This document shows positions 28,569-37,975 of a DNA stretch of 64,000 nt, in pieces. The stretch's first letter is position 1. The number at the start of each line of letters is the position of its first letter. The position numbers and the translations under genes were made by a program. Source of the stretch: Longimicrobiales bacterium (GTDB taxonomy: Bacteria; Gemmatimonadota; Gemmatimonadetes; Longimicrobiales; Gaopeijiaceae); contig CBDFIQ010000001.1 of assembly GCA_965248195.1 (NCBI GenBank), forward strand, positions 576,001 through 640,000. Reading direction: 5' to 3'. The notes below the pieces were generated by a model. It had not been told where the DNA came from and did no database searches. It saw only the letters and a program-made list of their open reading frames with translations.

Positions 28569-29105
28569 TCAGCGGATCAACTCATTGACGAATCCAGTGG
28601 GAAGAGCGTCGTGCGGATCGGCCCGGACGCTGAGGTACGTGACCTCATCGGGAATGAGCGTCCATGCGTGTAGCACCCCGGCCGGGATCACCACGATATC
28701 GCCTTCCGAGATCTCGCGAATTTGTCCGCCCCTGGACTCTCCGCTAAACGAAGGCCCTATGACGTCGTTTTCGAACGGCTCGGTCGCGTTTACGATTTCG
28801 CCACCCGTCAGGAGAGTGCCCCCACCCGACAGGATGTAGTAGACCTCGGTAACCTGAGCATGAATTAGCCCCGTGAGGGCCCCGTCGGTATCGTTGTCCC
28901 CGGTTCGATGAAGGATCCCAACCGCCACGTTTCCGATGCTGATGTCGACCACCTTCAGCTGGCGGTCGATCGAGCTGCCCATGCTCTCGAGAACGATGTT
29001 GATGTCCTCACGGGTGATGTCGACGGCAGACGTCTGCTGCGCAACGGTCACCACTGGGAAAAACGTCACAAGGGCCGTCACCAGAAGCGGGGCTCGCTCG
29101 CGCAT
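28569..29105 (-). CDS. secreted cupin-domain protein
   Basis: HAQVTEVYYILSGGG and GDIVVIPAGVLH; signal peptide; GAGGAG RBS. Confidence 0.8.
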   Translation of the reverse strand: MRERAPLLVTALVTFFPVVTVAQQTSAVDITREDINIVLESMGSSIDRQLKVVDISIGNVAVGILHRTGDNDTDGALTGLIHAQVTEVYYILSGGGTLLTGGEIVNATEPFENDVIGPSFSGESRGGQIREISEGDIVVIPAGVLHAWTLIPDEVTYLSVRADPHDALPTGFVNELIR

Positions 29106-29373
29106 GCTCACTCCTCTGAAACAGTATTCTCGTCAGATCACGCTTACCTGACTGTGCGTACACAGTACAGTGAGGGTCCGCAGAGTAATCCGCGCAGGCT
29201 GGTCTAGCAACGAGACGAGGCTACGTCTGCCTACCGCCTACGACCTACGGTTGCACCAGGCCGTACCAGTCAGGGTCGGACCAGTCCGATCCTTTGCTTT
29301 GCGATCTTTGAAGGGGATTCTATGTTCGACCTTCGTACGGGTGTTGCAGAGAGGCCGCCATACGGAGATTCGA

Positions 29374-30489
29374 ATGGCCGAAGTTCGGGTCCTGGTAGGG
29401 ACGAAAAAGGGCGCGTTCGTGATTACCTCCGATGGAGCTCGTCGCGACTGGAAGATCGAGGGCCCGCATTTCGGGGGCTGGGAGGTCATGCACGTTCAGG
29501 GGTCGCCCGCCGAGGCCGATCGACTCTACGCCTCGCAATGGACCGACTGGCACGGCCAGGTGGTGCAGCGCTCCGACGACGGGGGAGGGTCATGGGAGAC
29601 CGTGGGCAACGAGTTTTCGTACGAGGGTGTCACCGGCACACACCAGTGGTACGATGGCACTCCACACCCGTGGGAATTCAAGCGGGTCTGGCACCTGAAA
29701 CCCTCGCCTGACGATCCGGACACGGTTTACGCCGGGGTCGAGGATGCTGCGCTCTTCCGCTCGAGTGACGGCGGTCACACGTGGACGGAGCTCGCGGGGC
29801 TGAGGACGCACTCGACCGGGCAGGATTGGACGCCCGGGGCTGGCGGTATGTGCCTCCATACGATCCTCATCGACCCTGGGAACCCCGAGCGGATGTACGT
29901 AGCGATATCGGCAGCCGGGGCGTTCCGCAGCGACGACGGCGGCGCGTCGTGGCACGTGGCGACGAATGGACTGAGCTCAAGCATCATCCCCGAGCCAGAG
30001 GCCCCGATCGGCCACTGCGTCCATAAGCTCGTGATGCATCCGGCCCGTCCTGACACCGTTTTCATGCAGAAACACTGGGATGTTTGCCGCACCGACGACG
30101 CCGGAGAGTCGTGGACGGAGGTCAGCGGTAACCTGCCATCCGACTTTGGTTTTCCGATCGCCGTTCACGCCCACGAGCCCGACACGATTTTCGTGGTCCC
30201 CATCCTCAGCGACACGGAGCACTATCCGCCGGAGGGAAAACTGCGCGTATTCCGAAGCCGCTCGGGAGGCAACGAGTGGGAAGCGCTCACCAAGGGCCTC
30301 CCTCAGAGCAACTGCTACGTGAACGTCTTGCGTGACGCAATGGCGGTGGACTCACTCGACTCCTGCGGGATCTACTTCGGCACGACGGGCGGGCAGGTCT
30401 ACGCGTCCGCGGACGCCGGCGACACGTGGGGGACGATCGCGGATCACCTACCCAGAGTGTCTTCGGTGGAGGTCCAGACGATCCCGTGA
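29374..30489 (+). CDS. BNR/Asp-box beta-propeller protein (sialidase-like fold)
   Basis: Repeated SxDGGxxW Asp-boxes; LVGTKKG N-terminus; no signal peptide. Confidence 0.85.
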   Translation: MAEVRVLVGTKKGAFVITSDGARRDWKIEGPHFGGWEVMHVQGSPAEADRLYASQWTDWHGQVVQRSDDGGGSWETVGNEFSYEGVTGTHQWYDGTPHPWEFKRVWHLKPSPDDPDTVYAGVEDAALFRSSDGGHTWTELAGLRTHSTGQDWTPGAGGMCLHTILIDPGNPERMYVAISAAGAFRSDDGGASWHVATNGLSSSIIPEPEAPIGHCVHKLVMHPARPDTVFMQKHWDVCRTDDAGESWTEVSGNLPSDFGFPIAVHAHEPDTIFVVPILSDTEHYPPEGKLRVFRSRSGGNEWEALTKGLPQSNCYVNVLRDAMAVDSLDSCGIYFGTTGGQVYASADAGDTWGTIADHLPRVSSVEVQTIP

Positions 30490-30788
30490 CTACGGTCAGG
30501 GTCGCGCTCTCTGCGCATCTGCGGACGCTTGCGAGGGTCGAGGGCGAGCTGACGCTCGAGGTCGCAGACCCCCCGACGGTCACCACGGTTCTGAACGCTC
30601 TCGAGTCTCGCTACCCGATGCTGCGAGGCACGATTCGCGACCACGGAACGGATCGGCGACGCCCGTTCATCCGCTTCTTCGCCTGCGGACGCGACCTCTC
30701 GCACGACCCACCGGACGCGCGGCTCCCCGGCCCTGTGAGCTCCGGGACCGACGCCCTTTGTGTGGTCGGTGCGATCGCCGGCGGATGA
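30486..30788 (+). CDS. MoaD/ThiS family ubiquitin-like protein
   Basis: About 100 aa ending [19 protein letters not shown] overlap with the upstream stop. Confidence 0.85.
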   Translation: MTTVRVALSAHLRTLARVEGELTLEVADPPTVTTVLNALESRYPMLRGTIRDHGTDRRRPFIRFFACGRDLSHDPPDARLPGPVSSGTDALCVVGAIAGG

Positions 30789-30825
30789 GGGCGCTGCACC
30801 AGTTTGTCGATCACACCCACAGATG

Positions 30826-32118
30826 TCACCCCGCAGGCCGTGTGATCTGCTCCAACACCCTATCCCGGTCCAGGGTGCGTCTCTCGAACGTGAAGACCCG
30901 AAGCACTCTCGTCGTGGAATAGAGCCCCTCGGCCAGGCGCGGGAGGTCAATGAGTCCCGGAAGGCCGCTGGGACCGAGGCGCTGCACCTGCCCCGTGCGC
31001 CGCTCCACCAACAAGTTGAGCTGGAACATGGCTCGTTTAGCCGGAAAGTCGATGAACACCTCGCCCGGCTCGAGGCCGACTTCGTCGGCCAGGCTATCCT
31101 CGACCCCCCGCTTCAGCGAAGTCTCAGAGAGCGCCCAGTCCTCCACGACCCGATCCCCCAACTCCGCAGCCGTCACCTCCAGTGCGCGCTTCGGAAGCCT
31201 CCGGGCTCTGAGCGCAGGAAGCCATCTCGTGGCCAGCCGCTCTCCAACCTCCGTATCCGATGCCTGGGCCCGCCGCGCCGTCTCGTACAACAACTCTTCG
31301 TCGGTGGGGCCCACGAGCTCCTCCGCGTCTAGGATATTCGCACTTACGGCCTCGTTGATAATCCTCTTGTACAGAGCGGCAGCGGCACGAACCCCGTGGT
31401 GCCAGTACACGTTTCTGAACATCTGATACTTCGCGAAGAGCAGCGACTCCAGGGCGCTGACGGCCTTCTCGTACACGCCCACCTCGGACGCGCCGGTCTC
31501 GGGGTCGGTGAGGATGGCGAACCCCTGCAGCAGACGATCGACGTCCACCTCCCCGTAAGGGACCCCGCAAAAGCGCGCGTCGCGCCGAAGGTACTCCATC
31601 TTGTCGAGGTCGAGACTTCCGGAGACCAGCCCGCCGAACGGGTTTCCACTCCGGCCCTGGATCAGCGAGTGGATCTTTTGCCCCGCATCCTCGCCCAACG
31701 TCGAGAGTGCTTCCTTGAGCTCCGCGGAGGCAAAAAAGCGGGCGCTCACCGCTTCGTGGTCACCGGGGAGCATGTCGGAGCCCAGCTCCTCGAGAGCGTG
31801 CGAGAAGGCGTAATGTCCGATGTCGTGGAGAAGGGCCGCATACGGAACGAGCCCGGCCTCTTGCCATAGCTCTTCGGGGATCCCGCCGCACTCCCTCAAG
31901 CGGCGCAGCGCAATCACCGCCAAGTGATATACACCGACAGCGTGATCGAAACGAGTGTGGGTCGCGCCCGGGTAGACCAGGTGCGTGAATCCGAGTTGTT
32001 TGATGTACCGCTGCCGCTGGAAGGCGGCAGTATCGATAATACGAACCGCCGTATGATCGAGCCGAATCGTGTTCCAAAGGGGGTCGCGGATGATCCGCTC
32101 TTCACTGTAGGACGGCAT
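30826..32118 (-). CDS. HD-domain phosphohydrolase (SAMHD1-like dNTPase family)
   Basis: IRDP, QLG...YPGATHTRFDH, ALLHDIGH, LDLDKMEYLRRD, VYWH. Confidence 0.88.
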   Translation of the reverse strand: MPSYSEERIIRDPLWNTIRLDHTAVRIIDTAAFQRQRYIKQLGFTHLVYPGATHTRFDHAVGVYHLAVIALRRLRECGGIPEELWQEAGLVPYAALLHDIGHYAFSHALEELGSDMLPGDHEAVSARFFASAELKEALSTLGEDAGQKIHSLIQGRSGNPFGGLVSGSLDLDKMEYLRRDARFCGVPYGEVDVDRLLQGFAILTDPETGASEVGVYEKAVSALESLLFAKYQMFRNVYWHHGVRAAAALYKRIINEAVSANILDAEELVGPTDEELLYETARRAQASDTEVGERLATRWLPALRARRLPKRALEVTAAELGDRVVEDWALSETSLKRGVEDSLADEVGLEPGEVFIDFPAKRAMFQLNLLVERRTGQVQRLGPSGLPGLIDLPRLAEGLYSTTRVLRVFTFERRTLDRDRVLEQITRPAG

Positions 32119-32138
32119 GTGCGGACGTTAGCGGGAGC

Positions 32139-33595
32139 GATGGTGTCCCGCTGACAGTTGAAGGTGGTGGCTCCGGAGAGTCTCCTTGTTAGCCTGCCTT
32201 TCTCATTTCGGCAACCGGTTCATGGTCGTCGAGGTGGGCCCTGAGCATCCAGAGCTGGTCGTAGCCGATGATCCTCCGGTAGCTCTTCTCGGTCTCCACG
32301 AACGAGGCCGCAGCCCAGCGCAAGGCCATCGCTCCGTTCTTCCAGTTGGTCACCCTGCGGGTCTTCTGTCTTACGCCCGAGTGGGTGCTGTCGATCAGGT
32401 TGGTCGAGCCCAGGCACTTCCTCAGCCGCGGCGGGAGGCCGAGCCGGTTGATCGTGAACATCTCGCTGAGGCCTTCGCGTAGGCTGGCCGAGGCCGAGGG
32501 GTGGTCGCGCTCGAGCCATCGGGCGAGCTGCTCGAGCTTCTGCTCGCCCTGCTTCGCGTCCAGCTTCATCGCCGCCCGGAACGCCGCCTTCACCTGAGGA
32601 TGCTGATCCTTCGGCAGATGACCCAGCACGTTGCGGAGCTTGTGGTTGCGGCAGCGCTGGATGGGGTGACGTTGGCCGAACACCTTCTCGATCGCCTTCC
32701 TGAGCGCTTTCGAGCCATCGATCACGAACAGCCGCCGCCTGCCCGGGTCCAGGCCGCGCTCGACCAGATCCTCTAGGAGCGCGCTGGTCACCTCGGCGTT
32801 CTCACTCGCTCCTTCCCTCACGCCCAGCACGTGCTTCTTTCCGTCTGAGTCCACGCCTACCGCAGCAAGCACGTGGTGCGAGCCCATCTGGATCCCGTCC
32901 AGGTAGATCACCAGGAGGTCCCACGCATCCAGCCGGCGCTCCATCAGCTCCTTCAGCACGCGCTCCGAGGCCTCGACCGTCTCACGGCTCACCGCCGACT
33001 TGCTCACCCCGACCGTGTCGGCCATCTCACCGATCACACGGCCGTACTTCCGCGTGCTCACCCCCGCCATCAGGACCTCGAGCATCCGATCCGCCACGGC
33101 GCCCGGTCTCCGCATCGCTGCGTACGCCGGCACCTCGACCTCGCCACCCTCCCCGGCGCCCCGGCGCCTGAGCCGTGGCCGCTCCACACGCACCTTCCGG
33201 TCCGACAGGTAAACCACACCACCCTGCCGGCCATACCACACCGTGTCGTCTTCCGCTCGTGACCGACCTGCCTGCTTCACGCCTGCCACACCCTCGGCGC
33301 TCATCTCCAGCACCGCTTCGATCGTCGCTCGTCCCATCACCTGGATGACTTCGTCGATCGCGACCTCCGTCTGCTCCACGAGCTCAAGCATCGGAAGCAG
33401 AAACTGCCCCTCCCGCTTCAGGAACTCCCTGATCGCGCGCTTGTCCGCCCGATCCCTTACCTCGTACGTTCTCTTCATCGTGGTGGCTCCGTGTTGGGGT
33501 TTTTGCCTACCCGAGCCTATCGGCCCGGGACCCCCGGAGCCACCACTTCTCTTTCTCCCCTATCAGGAACCTTCAACTACGGTTGGGACAGCTTC
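32139..33595 (-). mobile_element. IS256-family insertion sequence 2 (1457 bp)
   Basis: Imperfect 27-bp IRs at 32139-32165 and 33569-33595; 8-bp TSD gcgggagc at 32131-32138 and 33596-33603. Confidence 0.92.
32189..33478 (-). CDS. IS256 family transposase
   Basis: IYLDG, VIDGSKAL, QRCRNHK, STNLIDS. Confidence 0.93.
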   Translation of the reverse strand: MKRTYEVRDRADKRAIREFLKREGQFLLPMLELVEQTEVAIDEVIQVMGRATIEAVLEMSAEGVAGVKQAGRSRAEDDTVWYGRQGGVVYLSDRKVRVERPRLRRRGAGEGGEVEVPAYAAMRRPGAVADRMLEVLMAGVSTRKYGRVIGEMADTVGVSKSAVSRETVEASERVLKELMERRLDAWDLLVIYLDGIQMGSHHVLAAVGVDSDGKKHVLGVREGASENAEVTSALLEDLVERGLDPGRRRLFVIDGSKALRKAIEKVFGQRHPIQRCRNHKLRNVLGHLPKDQHPQVKAAFRAAMKLDAKQGEQKLEQLARWLERDHPSASASLREGLSEMFTINRLGLPPRLRKCLGSTNLIDSTHSGVRQKTRRVTNWKNGAMALRWAAASFVETEKSYRRIIGYDQLWMLRAHLDDHEPVAEMRKAG

Positions 33596-33718
33596 GCGGG
33601 AGCCGCCCGGCCGGGGCAATGGCTCTTTGCGCCAGCCCGCTTTATACTTACCGAACGAAACACGAAAGTCCGATTTAGACCACTTCACGCTCCTCACAGA
33701 AGATCTTTTCAAGCGCTC

Positions 33719-34843
33719 GTGCCTACTTCCGCCCTCCGCGAATATGTGCGGACGCACGCCGAAAACCGTCCGGGCGTCTATCAGATGCTGGGCGCCGACG
33801 GGGATCCACTGTACGTGGGAAAGTCGATCCACGTGCGCACACGACTCCTCTCTTACTTCAGGGCCCCGCCGGAAGAGAAGGCTACAAAGCTGATCCGGGA
33901 GACCGGCCGAATCCGGTGGGAGTACATCCCGAACGAGTTTTCGACGCTGGTCCGTGAGATGAGACTCATTCAACGTTGGCAACCCCGGTTCAACGTGCGG
34001 CACAAGCGGAAGCGGATGTATGCCTTCGTGAAGCTCACCCGGGAAATCGCACCTCGGATCGTCCCCGTCACACGCGCTGTTCCCGATGGCTCACTTTACT
34101 TCGGACCCTTTCCAGCCGTTGGGGAGGTGGGCCGCACGGTTCGGGAATTGGCCCACGCCGTGGGCCTCAGGGATTGCCCCGGGGCGACGCCGATGTTTTT
34201 CGACGATCAACTGGAAGTCTTCGCTGAAGGACGGACGCCCCTCTGCATGAGGGCGGAGTTGGGCACTTGCCCGGCGCCGTGTTGCGGGGGAGTGAGCAGC
34301 GAGGCTTATCAGCAGAAAGTCGTGACCGCACGGCGCTTTCTCGAGGGTCGCGGTCGCGCACCACTCGCGGCACTCGAGAGCCGTTTACAAGATGCCGTGG
34401 CGCGCCTCGACTTCGAGTACGCCGCACGGATTCGGGACCGGCTCGAGCGCCTCCAATCCTTCCAGGAGCACCTCGCGGCGTTCCGAGGGCGCATCGAAAG
34501 TCTCACGTTTCTCTACCGCGTGCCCGGATTCGCCGGCGATAGCCGCCTCTATCTCATCCGAAGAGGACGCCTTCAACGCGAGTTCCCGTACCCTACAACC
34601 GAAGGTGAACGGCGGAAAATCGACGACGCGGTCGAGTCCGTATACCGAGCCCCCGACCAGGACCCGGCGTCGTTGGCGCCTCAGGACGCCGCCGAGATAC
34701 TGCTCGTGGCTCGCTGGTTCGAGCTTCGCCCCAAGGAGCTGAAGCGCACCGCAACACCCAAGAAGTGGCTCACCGAGGGTGGCATCCGGCCCTCGCGTTG
34801 CGCGAACCGGCGTCGCCTCCCAGGTTTCGCGATAGATTCCTAG
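33719..34843 (+). CDS. UvrC/Cho-like GIY-YIG nuclease with Cys-rich and UVR domains
   Basis: PGVY...LYVGKS...R, PRFN, Cys cluster (C...C...CPAPC), LDFEYAARIRD. GTG start inferred because the track start lies inside the IS. Confidence 0.85.
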   Translation: MPTSALREYVRTHAENRPGVYQMLGADGDPLYVGKSIHVRTRLLSYFRAPPEEKATKLIRETGRIRWEYIPNEFSTLVREMRLIQRWQPRFNVRHKRKRMYAFVKLTREIAPRIVPVTRAVPDGSLYFGPFPAVGEVGRTVRELAHAVGLRDCPGATPMFFDDQLEVFAEGRTPLCMRAELGTCPAPCCGGVSSEAYQQKVVTARRFLEGRGRAPLAALESRLQDAVARLDFEYAARIRDRLERLQSFQEHLAAFRGRIESLTFLYRVPGFAGDSRLYLIRRGRLQREFPYPTTEGERRKIDDAVESVYRAPDQDPASLAPQDAAEILLVARWFELRPKELKRTATPKKWLTEGGIRPSRCANRRRLPGFAIDS

Positions 34844-34892
34844 ATTCGAAAATTCCGGACTACCCGTCATGATCATCATTCAGGAGGTCGTC

Positions 34893-35699
34893 ATGCGACG
34901 CTTTGTCTCTCCCCTCGTGCAAGGCGTCGCGGTGCTCGCCGTCTCGGCTTCGATTGCCGGGGCCCAGACCGAAACCCTGATGTACGATCATGTGCACATG
35001 TCGGTCCCGGATCCGCAGGCCTCGGCCCAGTGGTTCCACGATCATATCGGGGGCGAGTTCGTCGACGGCCGCACAGACCGGTTGCTGTTCGGCACGACAA
35101 GAATCATGTGGCTCGGATCGAGGGGCGAGGCTCGCAGGCCGAGTGCCGGGGGCGTCATCGACCACCTCGGGTTCTCCTTCGCGAACCTCAGTGCGAAACT
35201 CGCGGAAGTGGAAGGCGCCGGTGCGACGGTTACCACGCCCCGCCGGGAGGTGGAGGGCCTTTTCCCGCTCAGCTTCATCGTAGACCCCTGGGGCGTGCGG
35301 CTCGAATTGATCGAGGACCCGCAACATCTCGGATTCCACCACGTCCATCTGCGCGACCCTGAGCCGATGGAAGCCCTCGAGTGGTACCACGAGAATTTTG
35401 GTGGCGTCCGCAGGACCCTCAGGGGCAGCCAGTTGGACGGGATCCTCTATCCGGGTAACGTCTGGCTGCTGGTTTCCCGGGGTGAGACCTTTCCCAGCCA
35501 GGGCGCCGCGATCGATCACATCGGCTGGCGCGCCATCGTGCTCGACGAAAAGATCGAGGAGTTCAGGGCCAAGGGTCTGGAACTCACTACGGATCGGCGA
35601 GACATGACTCTTCCCAACGGTCAGATCGCCTTCTTTTACGTCGCCGGTCCGAACGGCGCGCGTGTCGAGTTCGTCGAGCGGGCGCGTGACATGCCGTAA
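34893..35699 (+). CDS. secreted VOC/glyoxalase family protein (two VOC modules)
   Basis: DHVHM, DHLGF, DPWGVRLEL, HHVHL, GPNGARVEFV; signal peptide. Confidence 0.85.
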   Translation: MRRFVSPLVQGVAVLAVSASIAGAQTETLMYDHVHMSVPDPQASAQWFHDHIGGEFVDGRTDRLLFGTTRIMWLGSRGEARRPSAGGVIDHLGFSFANLSAKLAEVEGAGATVTTPRREVEGLFPLSFIVDPWGVRLELIEDPQHLGFHHVHLRDPEPMEALEWYHENFGGVRRTLRGSQLDGILYPGNVWLLVSRGETFPSQGAAIDHIGWRAIVLDEKIEEFRAKGLELTTDRRDMTLPNGQIAFFYVAGPNGARVEFVERARDMP

Positions 35700-35748
35700 C
35701 ATCCTGCTCACCTCGCCTGGAGAGACCGTCATGGGCGTAAATTTCGAT

Positions 35749-36660
35749 ATGAAACCGAATCGGCGTGACTTCCTCGCTCAGGCGCTAGGGTTGGGCGCGT
35801 TGCTCTCGCACCCAGGCCGTCTCCTGGCGCAGGAGACGCTCCCCACTCGAGCCATCCCGGGCACCACAGAGGCCCTTCCCGTGGTCGGGTTCGGATCCTC
35901 GAAGCCGGTACTCGAGAGCCCGACCGAGGGCACGGAGCCCATCGCGAACGTTATTCGGACCTTGCTAGAATACGGAGGCCGCGTGGTCGACACGTCACCG
36001 CGGACGGAGGAGATCGATCGGGACTTCGGCCGCGTGTTGCAGGATCCCGAGGTGAGGGACCGTCTCTTTCTCACTGCCAAGATCAACATCGACGGTGAAC
36101 AGAACGGCATCGATCAGTGGCGGCAGACCCAGAGGCTGTTCGGGCGCCGCACCGTGGATCTTCTCCAGGTCGAGAGTCTGCGAGATGTCGACCTGCACTG
36201 GCCCAACGTGAGGGCCTGGAAGGACTCCGGCGAGGCGCGCTACATCGGAGTGACGGTCTCCGCCAATGCCCGTCACGGCTTGATGGAGACGTTCATGAGG
36301 GAGAATTCGCCAGATTTCGTGCACGTAAACTATTCCCCCATGGAAAATCGAGCCGAAGAGCGCCTTTTGCCCCTCGCCCGCGATATGGGCATGGCGGTCC
36401 TGATCAATCGGCCGTTCATGAACGGCTCCTACTTCGGGATGGTCGCGGGCAAGGAGCTCCCTGCCTGGGCCACGGATTTCGACTGTGAGACTTGGGCGCA
36501 GTTCTCGCTCAAGTATGTGCTGGCGAACCCCGCGGTCACCTGTGTGCTGACGGAGACGACGAATCCGGAGCACATGGAGGAGAACATCCAGGCAGCCTTC
36601 GGGCGTCTGCCGGACGAGTCCACGAAGGGGCGGATGCGGGAGCTGATCCGGGGGTTCTGA
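35749..36660 (+). CDS. aldo/keto reductase with Tat-like signal
   Basis: NRRDFL; VGFGS, RYIGVT, INRPF, WAQFSLKY. Confidence 0.85.
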   Translation: MKPNRRDFLAQALGLGALLSHPGRLLAQETLPTRAIPGTTEALPVVGFGSSKPVLESPTEGTEPIANVIRTLLEYGGRVVDTSPRTEEIDRDFGRVLQDPEVRDRLFLTAKINIDGEQNGIDQWRQTQRLFGRRTVDLLQVESLRDVDLHWPNVRAWKDSGEARYIGVTVSANARHGLMETFMRENSPDFVHVNYSPMENRAEERLLPLARDMGMAVLINRPFMNGSYFGMVAGKELPAWATDFDCETWAQFSLKYVLANPAVTCVLTETTNPEHMEENIQAAFGRLPDESTKGRMRELIRGF

Positions 36661-36733
36661 GGGGTTCGCCTCGAAAGGTTTGAGGCGTCCCGGATTCCCG
36701 ACCTTCCAGGATTCCCGACCTGACGAGGGCTGA

Positions 36734-37744
36734 CTACATCACACTCCGGCGGAGCTCTGGAAAAACCTTGGAGACCTTGCCCAGGATGTAGTCCCCGTAC
36801 GTGCCTTCGAACTCGTGCACGCTGGCACGGTCCCAGCGCTCGTCCTTGTCTTCCTCCAGAAGGGGCATGCCACTCAGATCGATCGCCTCGACGTGCGCGT
36901 CGAAACCCGGGTCGAAGAAAAATGGGAACGAGAGCCGGCTTCGTCCGGACACGTTTTGCACCCGGTGTGGCGTGGACCGGTAGAGCCCGCGGGTCAGGCG
37001 GTCGAGCATGTCGCCGATGTTGCACACGAACGAATTGGGCAGAGGAGGCGCGTCGATCCACCGCGACCGCGTCTTGACCTGGAGCCCGCCCACATCGTCC
37101 TGCTTCAGGATGGTGAGCACACCGTAATCGGTGTGCTCACCGACGCCCCACTGCTCCTCTGCATCAGGCTTCAGCGTGACCGGCGGGTAGTGGAAGACGC
37201 GGAATAGGGTGAGGGGAACCGCCATGTACCGTTCCCGGAAATAGCCCGGCTCAAGGCCCAGGCTCAAAGCCATGCCCCTCATGAGCGCATGACCGAGATC
37301 CGTCAAGGCCGCCATGTACTCCAGGATCGTGTCGCCGAAGCCCGGAATCCCCGCCGGAAAAACGTTCGGCCCATGTAGGGGGAGGCACGCACGCACGCGA
37401 GGATCATCCTCACTCAGCTGCGATCCGAAGTAGAGTCCCTCCTTGACATCGGGTTTACCCGAGGTAAGCTCGTCGCCCACGGGGAAGTAGCCTCGCCAAG
37501 CCTTGCCAGCGAGGGCCATCCGGATCTCGAGCTTCGTCTCAACGTCCTGTGCGAAGAATCTGTGGCTGAGCTCCTCGAGCCGTTGGTTGAGGTTCTCGCT
37601 GACGCCGTGTCCGATCACATAGAAAAAACCGTTCTCCCTACAGGCCCACCCCATGGCGGCCGCCACCCCTTCCTGGTCTCCAGCGCCGGCCACGAGAGGA
37701 GCGACGTTGATGATGGGGACCTCGGACGTCCGGTCGTGCGTCAA
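36734..37744 (-). CDS. 2-oxoglutarate/Fe(II) dioxygenase (isopenicillin N synthase family)
   Basis: GFFYVIGHG, HTDYG, NIGDML, STPHRV, RLS. TTG start with GGAGG RBS. Confidence 0.9.
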   Translation of the reverse strand: MTHDRTSEVPIINVAPLVAGAGDQEGVAAAMGWACRENGFFYVIGHGVSENLNQRLEELSHRFFAQDVETKLEIRMALAGKAWRGYFPVGDELTSGKPDVKEGLYFGSQLSEDDPRVRACLPLHGPNVFPAGIPGFGDTILEYMAALTDLGHALMRGMALSLGLEPGYFRERYMAVPLTLFRVFHYPPVTLKPDAEEQWGVGEHTDYGVLTILKQDDVGGLQVKTRSRWIDAPPLPNSFVCNIGDMLDRLTRGLYRSTPHRVQNVSGRSRLSFPFFFDPGFDAHVEAIDLSGMPLLEEDKDERWDRASVHEFEGTYGDYILGKVSKVFPELRRSVM

Positions 37745-37975
37745 GGATGCCTCCAAGTGGCGAACGTGGCATGACCACCGTAGATCAGCCCCACCGGACA
37801 AGCAAGACGCTGTCGGCCAACCTTGAGCCGCCAGTATGAGATTCGAGGTGCGACCGGGTGGCTGAAGACCCCCCTCGGCTAGGCGGCGCCGGGTGGGCCG
37901 CTCTTGTCTGGCAGGCCCGCCACACCATCTATTACAATCACGACCCTGCCTCACACCGGACGAACGGACCAATCC

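Noticed and set aside
16384..33595. Composite transposon between the two IS256 elements
   Set aside because: The elements have different IRs and transposases, and each has its own TSD.
33491..33718. N-terminal extension of the UvrC-like gene
   Set aside because: It starts inside the IS; recognisable similarity begins only near 33719.
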